Part shown: one piece after another, positions 9,454-18,128 of the stretch
Position numbering within the stretch: position 1 is the first letter of the stretch
How the letters are laid out: each line of letters starts with the position of its first letter
From: an uncultured Eubacteriales bacterium
GTDB taxonomy: Bacteria; Bacillota; Clostridia; Lachnospirales; Vallitaleaceae
Assembly: GCA_964563505.1 (NCBI GenBank)
Contig: CAZLXW010000008.1
Span: 14,935 to 78,934 of the forward strand
Direction of reading: 5' to 3'
Length of the DNA stretch: 64,000 nucleotides
The notes under the pieces: generated by a model
Databases searched by the model: none
What the model was told of the DNA's origin: nothing
Seen by the model: only the letters and a program-made list of their open reading frames with translations
Made by a program: the position numbers and the translations under genes

Positions 9454-10478
9454 TGAAACATGTGAAAATCAAAATGAATAACCATACCTTCTTATTAATA
9501 ATCACTGTGCTTTTATTTATAGCCATGTATTTGAGTGGTATCCTACTCTTTGGTGATAAGAATTTTGGACGTATTCAAGTGTTTTTTAACTTGTTTATTA
9601 GTAATGCAGGTCTTATTGTTGTTGCAACAGGAATGACCATGGTTCTTATTACGGCAGGAATTGATATTTCTGTAGGATCTGTTGTTGCAATGACATGCAT
9701 GCTTCTTGCATGGATGATGGAACATAAAGGCGTCAATGCAATTAGTGCACTCATCATTGTACTTATTGTGGGTACTGCTTTTGGATTTGTTCAAGGCTGG
9801 CTCATTTCATATCTTAATTTGCAACCCTTTATTATAACTTTGGCAGGTATGTTTTTTGCTCGAGGAATGACGGCGGTCATTAGCACAGAGATGATTAGTA
9901 TTAAAAATGAGATGTTCTTAAGCTGGGCCAATGCAAAGTTTTACTTGCCCTTTGGAGGATATGAGAATAAGCGAGGGGATATTATTTTTCCATATATATA
10001 TCCCAGTGTTGTTCTTGCAATTATGGTTTTAGTTGCTGCTTTTATTCTTCTAAAGTATACAAAGTTTGGACGTTCAATTTATGCGATTGGAGGAAACGAG
10101 CAGTCAGCTCTATTGATGGGATTAAACGTTCGGCGTACAAAATTACTCACTTATGTCATTAACGGTTTTTTAGCAGCCTTTGGAGGGTTTTTGTTTGCAT
10201 TAAATACATGTGCCGGATTCGTCGAACAGGCCAAGGGATTCGAGATGGAAGCTATAGCATCCGCCGTTATCGGAGGAACACTTTTAACGGGTGGTGTTGG
10301 TAATGTTATAGGTAGTCTGTTTGGTGTGCTTATCAAAGGTACGATTGAATCGCTAATAAACTTTCAAGGGACCTTGTCATCTTGGTGGACCAAAATAACG
10401 ATTGGTGCATTACTATCCTTTTTTATTATTTTACAAAGCATATTAGCTGCAAGAAAACAACGCAGAAGAGCGGTATAG
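9453..10478 (+). CDS. Sugar ABC transporter permease (YjfF-like)
   Basis: Second polytopic CUT2 permease. Its ATG overlaps the previous stop (TAATG). Confidence 0.85.
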   Translation: MKHVKIKMNNHTFLLIITVLLFIAMYLSGILLFGDKNFGRIQVFFNLFISNAGLIVVATGMTMVLITAGIDISVGSVVAMTCMLLAWMMEHKGVNAISALIIVLIVGTAFGFVQGWLISYLNLQPFIITLAGMFFARGMTAVISTEMISIKNEMFLSWANAKFYLPFGGYENKRGDIIFPYIYPSVVLAIMVLVAAFILLKYTKFGRSIYAIGGNEQSALLMGLNVRRTKLLTYVINGFLAAFGGFLFALNTCAGFVEQAKGFEMEAIASAVIGGTLLTGGVGNVIGSLFGVLIKGTIESLINFQGTLSSWWTKITIGALLSFFIILQSILAARKQRRRAV

Positions 10479-10541
10479 TCTCTTGACGCTTTCCTAAGTT
10501 TATAGTAAGATGACTGAGAAATGTTATCAACAAAGTAGACA

Positions 10542-11414
10542 ATGGAAGGTGACGACATGATTGGTATTTTTTCTCGCTTAAGTAATAAACAACAAGCAAT
10601 ACTTTATATGGTGTTTTCTGCCTTGGCTTTTTCCCTAATGGGTGTTTTTGTTAAATTGACAGGGGACATTCCAGTGGTACAAAAAACCCTCATACGTGCA
10701 GTGGTCATTGCAAATATTAGTTTTGTTTTGATTAAATTTCATCATATTCCAATTTTTCCAATTCATCAAATCAAGTTACTGACACTACGTTCATTGACAG
10801 GAACAATAGCCATTGTAATGAATTATTATGCCCTTGATCATTTGATTTTATCCGATGCAACAGTGCTATTTCGCTTGAATACAATTTTTGTGGTGATATT
10901 TAGCTGGATTTTCTTGCAAGAGCATATTTCAAAAAAACAATTTTTAATGATTATTATTGCTTTTATAGGTGTTATTTTTGTTGTTAAACCTGAATTGTCA
11001 TTTGAATTCGTTCCATATTTAGTTGCGATTTTAGGGGCGGCGGGGGCTGCATTATCCTATACAATGTTAAGAAAATTAGGTGAAGGAACACATCCATCGG
11101 TTGTTGTGTTCTTCTTTGCTATGTTTACATTTGTTTCCCTTCTTCCCATTGTTATTGTCAGTTATGAACCTATGACAGATGCGCAATTGATGTATGCTAT
11201 TTTAGCAGGAATCTCAGCTGTCGGAGGGCAATATGGTGTAACTTTGGCATATAAACATGCTCAGGCCAAAGATGTCTCCATATATAATTATTTTGGTGTC
11301 GTCTTTTCAGCTATATTTGGGTTGATTATATTTGGTTCCCAGCCGGATGCCTTTAGTGTGATTGGATACATCATTATTTTTATGTCCGCATGGCGAATGA
11401 AAAAAATAAATTAA
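10542..11414 (+). CDS. DMT-superfamily (EamA-like) transporter
   Basis: Ten-TM-like hydrophobic profile with two EamA-type halves. ATG 10557 is an alternative start. A TTGACG-17-TAAGAT promoter lies at 10483-10511. Confidence 0.75.
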   Translation: MEGDDMIGIFSRLSNKQQAILYMVFSALAFSLMGVFVKLTGDIPVVQKTLIRAVVIANISFVLIKFHHIPIFPIHQIKLLTLRSLTGTIAIVMNYYALDHLILSDATVLFRLNTIFVVIFSWIFLQEHISKKQFLMIIIAFIGVIFVVKPELSFEFVPYLVAILGAAGAALSYTMLRKLGEGTHPSVVVFFFAMFTFVSLLPIVIVSYEPMTDAQLMYAILAGISAVGGQYGVTLAYKHAQAKDVSIYNYFGVVFSAIFGLIIFGSQPDAFSVIGYIIIFMSAWRMKKIN

Positions 11415-11444
11415 CAAAAATAAGACAATCATTAAGGAGAAATT

Positions 11445-12365
11445 ATGGCCTATATAGTCTTTGTGATTTTTAATGTGTTAGTGCCTATATTTATACCTGT
11501 GCTGGCAGGTTTCTATTTCCATAAGCGATTTACACTGAATGTAGATACCTTAACCAAAATTCAATTTTATATTATGATACCGGCTTTTTTATTTATGAAT
11601 ATGTATACAATACAATTAGATGCAGGATTGTTTTTAAAAATTCTTATTGTTCTTGTACTGGCATTTGTTTTTCTGTTTCTAATCGGATCATTCCTAGCAA
11701 AAATTATTGGATACGACGCTAAGAAAAAAAGCGCATTTATAAATGCATCATGTTTTTATAATAGCGGTAATTTTTGTATACCCCTTATTGCCTTATTGTT
11801 TAATAATCCATTTGCCTCAGCAATCCAAATTATTATTATGTTTATGCAGAATATTTTGTTGAATATTTTTGGGATTTTTAATACAAGTATTGGTCACAAG
11901 AGTGGAAGAGAAGCTATTTTAGATATTTTTAAATTGCCGATGATGTATGCCATTTTTCTTGGATTTGGGTTTCAATTATTTAATATTCCGGTCTACCAAC
12001 CAATACAAGACGGATTAACTATAACCGGTGAAGGATTGGTGCCGGTGGCCTTAATTACGCTTGGTGCACAACTGGCAGATACTCAATTGCGATTTCGATC
12101 CATGCGTGTCTATCTTGCCGGTGGCATACGATTGATTGTTGCACCCATGGTTACCGGTCTTTTGTTATGGCTACTTCAAATTGACGGTATTGCAGCTCAG
12201 GTTATATTCATCTGCAGCGGAGCGCCAACGGCAATCAACACGGTCTTATTAGCCATTGAATTTAAAAATGAACCAGAATATGCATCCCAAACGGTTTTCT
12301 TTTCAACGGCTTTTAGTGCATTAACAGTTCCCATCGTCATCTATTTTGCGCAATTACTCTTTTAA
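11445..12365 (+). CDS. AEC-family (auxin efflux carrier-like) membrane transporter
   Basis: Polytopic protein with a typical AEC family layout (two hydrophobic halves and a central loop). RBS AAGGAGA. Confidence 0.7.
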   Translation: MAYIVFVIFNVLVPIFIPVLAGFYFHKRFTLNVDTLTKIQFYIMIPAFLFMNMYTIQLDAGLFLKILIVLVLAFVFLFLIGSFLAKIIGYDAKKKSAFINASCFYNSGNFCIPLIALLFNNPFASAIQIIIMFMQNILLNIFGIFNTSIGHKSGREAILDIFKLPMMYAIFLGFGFQLFNIPVYQPIQDGLTITGEGLVPVALITLGAQLADTQLRFRSMRVYLAGGIRLIVAPMVTGLLLWLLQIDGIAAQVIFICSGAPTAINTVLLAIEFKNEPEYASQTVFFSTAFSALTVPIVIYFAQLLF

Positions 12366-13624
12366 GATCTTTTTGGCCTTTTTATGGAAAGCGCCATTCC
12401 AAGTGCGGCAAAAGTGATTATAGCCATAACAGTAAATACAGCAACATAACTGCCGGTAAGGTCATAGGATAATCCAAAAGGAATTGTACCAAAAGCTGAG
12501 CCAAGAACGCCAAAGACAGTAGCGGCACCTCGAATACTCCCAAGGTATTTCCTCCCAAAGTATTTGACCCAAATAATGTTTAAGGTTAGATTTTGAATAT
12601 TTGTTGCTAAGCCGTAAATAAGCATAAAAATAACAGCCATTGCTATGCTGCTGACAATAAGCATAAATAACATGTCAAGAGCTACAACAGTTAGAGTTAT
12701 AGCAACAATATATTTTGAACGAAAACGATCAATAATTAATCCGGAGATTAAAGGCATAAAAAATCCGGGAAGTGATATGAGGCCGATTGCAAAAGCAGCG
12801 GCTTCTTCTTTGATTCCTTGTAAATCCATAATCGAGAAGAAGTGGAACATTATTCCTGTTGTAATCATGGGAATAATCATACTGATAATGCCGATAAACC
12901 AAAATTCTTTTGTGCGTAGGGTCTCTTTTAGGGTAAAAGATTCCCGATCGACTTTTTCCATTTCGTCGAGCAAATCTTGATGGGAACTTACCGGGGCGTT
13001 ATCCGGAAGAAGATGAACGTCTTCTGGATTATTAATCGTAAAAAAATAGGATAGGGGTATAAAAATAAGGATAATTGCAATACTCCAAAATCGCCAAGTC
13101 ATTTCCCAACCATATGTTTGAATAAAATAAATATTCATTGGTGGGACGACTACATTAGCTAGAATGATACCAAGTGTTGCTATACTAACGGCGAAAGCCC
13201 TCTTTTTATCGAACCATTGAGGTATTAATGCATTTGGAATAAGCATCATAGAGCCTTGACCTAAATATCTAAGTAAAAAAAAGCCGATAAACAGCATGGC
13301 TACATTGGCTATGAAACTGTTAAATAAGCAAGCAGCTGCTAAGGCAAACCCAAGAATAAAGGACATTTTTCGTTGACCTAAAAAATCGATATGTCGACCG
13401 ACGAAAAAAAGTAAGGAACCCGACAATACAGTAGCAAGTGAATAAATAAATGAAATATATGTACGTGAATACCCAAAGTCTTCTATATAATAGTTAATAA
13501 ATGTGGAAATAGAAAAACTTTGTCCCGGTGCTGAAAAAAACATACTTACACTCGATATGAAAACAATGACCCAGCCATAGTAAAAATAGGGCTTGGTTTT
13601 TTTTTCGATTTTATGTGATAACAT
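12362..13624 (-). CDS. MFS transporter
   Basis: 420 aa with a 12-TM-like profile and an MFS loop motif (GRHIDFLGQRK). RBS AAGGAGG. Confidence 0.8.
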   Translation of the reverse strand: MLSHKIEKKTKPYFYYGWVIVFISSVSMFFSAPGQSFSISTFINYYIEDFGYSRTYISFIYSLATVLSGSLLFFVGRHIDFLGQRKMSFILGFALAAACLFNSFIANVAMLFIGFFLLRYLGQGSMMLIPNALIPQWFDKKRAFAVSIATLGIILANVVVPPMNIYFIQTYGWEMTWRFWSIAIILIFIPLSYFFTINNPEDVHLLPDNAPVSSHQDLLDEMEKVDRESFTLKETLRTKEFWFIGIISMIIPMITTGIMFHFFSIMDLQGIKEEAAAFAIGLISLPGFFMPLISGLIIDRFRSKYIVAITLTVVALDMLFMLIVSSIAMAVIFMLIYGLATNIQNLTLNIIWVKYFGRKYLGSIRGAATVFGVLGSAFGTIPFGLSYDLTGSYVAVFTVMAIITFAALGMALSIKRPKRS

Positions 13625-13882
13625 AATTGCCTCCTTAATATGAACATCCCTAATACTTTACCGCTTTTTGTCTGAAAAATCAACTGTTTTGATAAAGTAA
13701 AGGGAATGGTCATCTGTGAATTTAGAACATTGTATACTTGCAGATAAAAACCGATAAAATCCAATAAATCCAAATAAATCTAAAGAAAATACGCGAAAAA
13801 TGAATTTATCTATTGATTATCTTGCAAAAATTGTGTATTATTATACAAAAGGTTGTTAGTTTTAGGAGGATTGGCGAATAAG

Positions 13883-15148
13883 ATGGAATATTTTAAAGGT
13901 AAATCACATGAAGAATTAGTAATGTATCAGAATGAGCTGAAACAAAAACTAGAGAAGTTTAAAGGAATGGGCTTAAATTTGAACATGGCTAGGGGCAAGC
14001 CATGTAAGGAACAGCTAGATTTGTCAAATGCAATGATTGATGAAGGCATTGATTTTAGCATTAATATTGATTATCGAAATTATGGACTATTAGATGGAAT
14101 ACCTGAAGCAAAAAAATTGTTTGCTGAAAGTATGAATGTTTTAGAAGAAGAACTTATTATCGGTGGAAATTCAAGCTTGAATTTAATGTATGATACATTA
14201 GTGAGAGCTATGTTATTTGGAACGGTCGATAGTATAAAACCATGGTCGCAATATGAAAAAATTAAGTTCATATGTCCGTCTCCTGGATATGATCGACATT
14301 TTGGCATATGTGAAGATCTAGGAATTGAGATGATTATGGTTCCGATGACAGAAGATGGCCCTGATATGGACCGAGTCGAAGAGCTTGTACAAAGCGATGA
14401 AACGATTAAAGGGATTTGGTGTATTCCCAAATACTCCAATCCAACAGGAATCACATATTCAGATGAAGTCGTTGGTCGACTGGCTTCTATGAAATGTGCA
14501 GCTAATGATTTTCGAATTATGTGGGATAATGCCTATAATATTCATCATCTAAATAATAATGGTGACGAATTAAAAGATTTATTGATTGAGTGTAAAAAAA
14601 CAAATAATGCGAATCGTGTTTATATGTATAGTTCTACGTCGAAAGTAACTTTTCCGGGGTCAGGAATTGCAGTAATGGCTATGAGTAAGGAAAACGCAGA
14701 TGATGTTCGTAAGCATATGGGATATCAAACAATTGGTTCGAACAAAATCAATCAGCTGATGCATGTTCGTTTTTTGCCGACAGCAGACGCAATTGAAGCG
14801 CATATGATGAAGCATGCGGAAATATTAGAACCTAAATTTGACAAAGTTCTTGAAGTATTAGAACGTGAAATAGGTGGATTAAATATTGCAAAGTGGAATA
14901 ACCCAAATGGCGGATATTTCATTAATCTTGATGTGATGGAAGGCTGTGCAAAAGACGTTGTGGCCTGCTGTTTAAGTCATGGCGTTACATTGACGCCTGC
15001 AGGAGCTACATTTCCATATGGAAATGACCCTAAGGACACAAATATTCGCATTGCACCTACCTTTCCGCCGTTAGAAGAACTTGAACTTGCCATTGAAGTC
15101 CTTGCAACATGTATTCAATATGTAGCTGTTCATAAAATATTATCATAG
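13883..15148 (+). CDS. PLP-dependent aminotransferase (class I fold, aspartate-aminotransferase-like subgroup)
   Basis: ARGKP...NPTG...SSTSKVTFPGSG (PLP-lysine context). The track ORF starts at TTG 13853, but ATG 13883 follows AGGAGGA at 13864-13870. Confidence 0.7.
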   Translation: MEYFKGKSHEELVMYQNELKQKLEKFKGMGLNLNMARGKPCKEQLDLSNAMIDEGIDFSINIDYRNYGLLDGIPEAKKLFAESMNVLEEELIIGGNSSLNLMYDTLVRAMLFGTVDSIKPWSQYEKIKFICPSPGYDRHFGICEDLGIEMIMVPMTEDGPDMDRVEELVQSDETIKGIWCIPKYSNPTGITYSDEVVGRLASMKCAANDFRIMWDNAYNIHHLNNNGDELKDLLIECKKTNNANRVYMYSSTSKVTFPGSGIAVMAMSKENADDVRKHMGYQTIGSNKINQLMHVRFLPTADAIEAHMMKHAEILEPKFDKVLEVLEREIGGLNIAKWNNPNGGYFINLDVMEGCAKDVVACCLSHGVTLTPAGATFPYGNDPKDTNIRIAPTFPPLEELELAIEVLATCIQYVAVHKILS

Positions 15149-15150
15149 TA

Positions 15151-15181
15151 AAAAACCTGTGTCTAATCGCACAGGTTTTTT
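15151..15181 (+). terminator. Rho-independent terminator after the aminotransferase gene
   Basis: AAAAACCTGTG-tctaatcg-CACAGGTTTTTT. Confidence 0.85.
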
Positions 15182-15211
15182 AAAAAGAAAATACTTTGAT
15201 AATCAAAACAA

Positions 15212-15240
15212 TTGACAAGTGCTTGATTTTTAGTTAGAAT
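15212..15240 (+). promoter_or_regulatory. Sigma-A-type promoter of fabV/TER
   Basis: TTGACA-17 nt-TAGAAT, about 35 nt upstream of the start codon. Confidence 0.65.
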
Positions 15241-15275
15241 TTAAAAAGAATAATGATAAAGAGGAGACGTGAATT

Positions 15276-16472
15276 ATGATAATAACACCAAAAGTCAGAG
15301 GTTTTGTTTGCACAACAGCGCACCCCATTGGTTGTAAAAAAAATGTTGAAGAGCAAGCAAATTATGTTCTTGAAAACGGAAAAATAGATGGTCCTAAAAA
15401 TGTTCTAATTATTGGCGCTTCGACCGGTTATGGATTAGCATCACGAATTGTTTCAGCACAAGGGTGTGGAGCAAATACCTTAGGTGTATTCTATGAAAAA
15501 GAAGCCAAAGGAAAACGTACCGCTTCCCCGGGATGGTATAATTCAGCTTTTTTTGAAGAGTTAGCACAAGAAAACGGATTATATGCCAAAAGTATCAATG
15601 GAGATGCTTTTTCTAATGAAATTAAAGACGAAGTTATTCAAACCATAAAAAAAGATCTAGGTAAGGTTGATTTAGTGATTTATTCATTGGCGGCGCCAAG
15701 ACGCATTGATCCTGAAACCGGCGAAAAATATATGTCTGTACTTAAACCAATCGGAGAACCCTATACAAATAAATCGATTGATATTCATAATAAAACCATT
15801 AGTATGGCAACAATCGAACCTGCAAGTGACGAAGAAATTGCAAACACAAGCAAGGTTATGGGTGGAGAAGACTGGAAGCTATGGATAGAAGCCTTAATCA
15901 AGAATGATGTGCTTGAAAAAAATGCAAAAACAATTTCATATTCATATATTGGTCCTGAAGTAACACGACCTATTTATCGAGAAGGTACAATTGGTCGAGC
16001 AAAACAACACTTAGAGTCGACGGCAATCGAGTTAAATCAACTATTGAAACCTGTTGACGGAGAAGCTTGTGTTGTTATCGCCAAAGCGCTCGTTACCCAA
16101 GCAAGTGCAGCGATTCCGATTGTTCCCTTATATATGGCGGCCTTATACAAAGTTATGAAAAAGAAGGGAACACATGAAGGATGTATTGAACAAATCTATC
16201 GCTTGTTCTCAACCAAACTTTATAATGATCAAGCGGAGAATATATACGATGAAAAGAAACGTATTCGAATCGATGAGTATGAGATGGATGAAAACACACA
16301 AAAGGATACATTTGAACTCTTCGAGCAAGTAGATTCAGACAATATGCAAGAAATAATTGACATTGAAAGCTATCAAGAAGAGTTTTATAAGCTGTTTGGT
16401 TTTTCAAGAGATGATATAGATTATGAACAAGATGTCGATACAGAGTTTAAAATTCCTAGTATTCATGAATAA
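15276..16472 (+). CDS. fabV: trans-2-enoyl-CoA/ACP reductase (NADH), FabV/TER family
   Basis: N-terminus MIITPKVRGFVCTTAHPIGCKKNVEEQ and GASTGYGLASRI are hallmarks of the FabV/TER family. The length (398 aa) is typical. Confidence 0.85.
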   Translation: MIITPKVRGFVCTTAHPIGCKKNVEEQANYVLENGKIDGPKNVLIIGASTGYGLASRIVSAQGCGANTLGVFYEKEAKGKRTASPGWYNSAFFEELAQENGLYAKSINGDAFSNEIKDEVIQTIKKDLGKVDLVIYSLAAPRRIDPETGEKYMSVLKPIGEPYTNKSIDIHNKTISMATIEPASDEEIANTSKVMGGEDWKLWIEALIKNDVLEKNAKTISYSYIGPEVTRPIYREGTIGRAKQHLESTAIELNQLLKPVDGEACVVIAKALVTQASAAIPIVPLYMAALYKVMKKKGTHEGCIEQIYRLFSTKLYNDQAENIYDEKKRIRIDEYEMDENTQKDTFELFEQVDSDNMQEIIDIESYQEEFYKLFGFSRDDIDYEQDVDTEFKIPSIHE

Positions 16473-16486
16473 TTTGCATATTTGTA

Positions 16487-16515
16487 TTGAATAAGTCGAT
16501 AAAATATGATATCCT
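16487..16515 (+). promoter_or_regulatory. Sigma-A-type promoter (extended -10) of the ferredoxin-reductase-like gene
   Basis: TTGAAT-17 nt-TATCCT, with TGa immediately upstream of the -10. Confidence 0.5.
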
Positions 16516-16518
16516 TAA

Positions 16519-16533
16519 TGATAATTATTATCA
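16519..16533. promoter_or_regulatory. Fur box (perfect 7-1-7 TGATAATtATTATCA)
   Basis: Exact match to the Bacillus-type Fur 7-1-7 consensus TGATAATNATTATCA. It lies inside the 12-3-12 palindrome at 16513-16539. Confidence 0.75.
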
Positions 16534-16548
16534 TTAAGGAGTGATTTG

Positions 16549-17292
16549 ATGCTTAAGACATCTAAAAATTATAAAGTTTATGAAATAGTGCTATTAGATA
16601 TAATCAAAGAGGCGAAAAATACATATACATATATTTTCACCAAACCGGATGGTTTGAATTGGGATGAAGGCGCCCATACTCATCTTGCTCTAAACCATTT
16701 TGATGAAGAAATGGGGTGGTGGGAAAAGAAAAATGTGCGCCACTTCTCCATTTGTTCCTTGGCGGACGAAGAGACCTTGCGAATGACCACTCGATTACCG
16801 GACTTGTGTACGGATTTTAAGCAAGAATTAAAAACGTCTAAAAAAGGCGACTTATTCTATCTTTTTAAGGTTGGAAGCCGTCTGACATTACGTCGAGAAG
16901 AACGGCCGATTATATTCTTATCTGCCGGTGTCGGTATTGCAACGATACGGCCATTGGTTAGAAAGTTTATTCATCACACAGAGGGAATTGAAAAAGTCAT
17001 TAGTCTAAATGTTGATTCAAGTAAAGAGTATTTGTTTTTCAGTGAGATGAAAGAATATATGAAACAAGAAAGCTGTTTTAAACAAACATATGTCGAATCA
17101 AGAGAAGGCTTTTATAAAGAATTGGATCAACTTCTTGAAGAAGATAAAACATTAGACCAAGGTGTGTTTTATATTGTTGGTGGTGATGAATTTATTATAC
17201 AAGTCCATCGTGTATTGTCTGAAAAGGGAATTCTAATTCAGCAAATGGTTTTTGATAAAAAAGAAGAATTTTATTTGGAAAATTTCAGCTAA
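16549..17292 (+). CDS. Ferredoxin-NADP reductase-like FAD/NAD(P)-binding oxidoreductase (candidate ferric reductase)
   Basis: RHFSICS (RxYS-type FAD motif) and FLSAGVGIATIRP (NAD-binding GxGxxP). ATG 16549 lies 7 nt after AAGGAG. A Fur box sits upstream. Confidence 0.65.
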   Translation: MLKTSKNYKVYEIVLLDIIKEAKNTYTYIFTKPDGLNWDEGAHTHLALNHFDEEMGWWEKKNVRHFSICSLADEETLRMTTRLPDLCTDFKQELKTSKKGDLFYLFKVGSRLTLRREERPIIFLSAGVGIATIRPLVRKFIHHTEGIEKVISLNVDSSKEYLFFSEMKEYMKQESCFKQTYVESREGFYKELDQLLEEDKTLDQGVFYIVGGDEFIIQVHRVLSEKGILIQQMVFDKKEEFYLENFS

Positions 17293-17297
17293 ATCTA

Positions 17298-17326
17298 TTG
17301 ACAATACCCCGCAAGGGGTATATGAT
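17298..17326 (+). promoter_or_regulatory. Sigma-A-type promoter of the eda-kdgK operon
   Basis: TTGACA-17 nt-TATGAT. The spacer is the palindrome ATACCCC-GCAA-GGGGTAT. Confidence 0.6.
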
Positions 17327-17333
17327 ATAGTTA

Positions 17334-17362
17334 GTTGTCTGACAACAGACTGCGGACAACAG
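17334..17362. promoter_or_regulatory. Candidate GntR-family operator (GTTGTC-T-GACAAC plus a third GACAACAG half-site)
   Basis: A perfect 6-1-6 inverted repeat lies just downstream of the -10. GACAACAG is repeated 6 nt later. Both fit the GT-Nx-AC architecture of GntR operators. Confidence 0.5.
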
Positions 17363-17461
17363 AAGTTTTATTCCCCTAAAAAATTCAGGGGTTCGTGATT
17401 TGTAATAGCTCAGCAATAAGCGGCCCTTGAAGCTCTCTAAAAATGAATTGGAGGTATTATA

Positions 17462-18109
17462 ATGAAAAAATATGATACATTAAACGCGATTATCGAAAGT
17501 GGTGTAGTCGCAGTTGTACGTGCAGAATCAAAAGAACAAGGATTAAATATTATTGAAGCTGTAAAAAAAGGTGGAATTAAAGCCTTAGAGATTACCTTAA
17601 CAGTTCCGGGAGCTGTTGATATTATTAAAGATTTAGTTGAAGAATATAAAGATGAAGATGTAATTATCGGAGCTGGAACAGTTTTAGATCCTGAATCCGC
17701 TCGTGCGTGTATATTAGCAGGTGCAAAATATATCGTTAGCCCATACTTTGATTTAGAAACAGTCAAAATGTGTAATCGCTATGCTGTACCGATTATGCCG
17801 GGAGTAATGACACCAAAAGAAGTGGTAGCAGCCCTTGAAGCCGGTGTAGATATTTGTAAAGTTTTTCCGGGTAATGCATTTGGACCTTCAATTATCGGAG
17901 CGTTCAGAGGTCCGATTCCTCAAGGAAATTATATGCCAACAGGCGGTGTTGATCTTGATAATGCAAAAGATTGGATTCAACAAGGTGCGGTAGCAATTGG
18001 TGTTGGTAGCGTTCTCACAAAAGGCGCAAAAACAGGCGATTATGAAGCCGTAACTGAAACTGCAAAGAAATTCGTTCAAGCTGTTAAAGAAGCAAGAAAA
18101 GAATTATAA
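17462..18109 (+). CDS. eda: 2-dehydro-3-deoxyphosphogluconate (KDPG) / 4-hydroxy-2-oxoglutarate aldolase
   Basis: 215 aa. VVAVVRA...GGIKALEITL...GAGTVL...VSP...PG..TP.E...G....K.FP pattern of the Eda family. Confidence 0.9.
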   Translation: MKKYDTLNAIIESGVVAVVRAESKEQGLNIIEAVKKGGIKALEITLTVPGAVDIIKDLVEEYKDEDVIIGAGTVLDPESARACILAGAKYIVSPYFDLETVKMCNRYAVPIMPGVMTPKEVVAALEAGVDICKVFPGNAFGPSIIGAFRGPIPQGNYMPTGGVDLDNAKDWIQQGAVAIGVGSVLTKGAKTGDYEAVTETAKKFVQAVKEARKEL

Positions 18110-18128
18110 TATTGGAGGGTTTTTTAAA

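Noticed and set aside
17400-17417. A possible CcpA cre site (TTGTAATAGCTCAGCAAT) in the eda-kdgK leader.
   Set aside because: It misses the central CG and the distal conserved C of the WTGNAANCGNWNNCW consensus, which is too degenerate to call.
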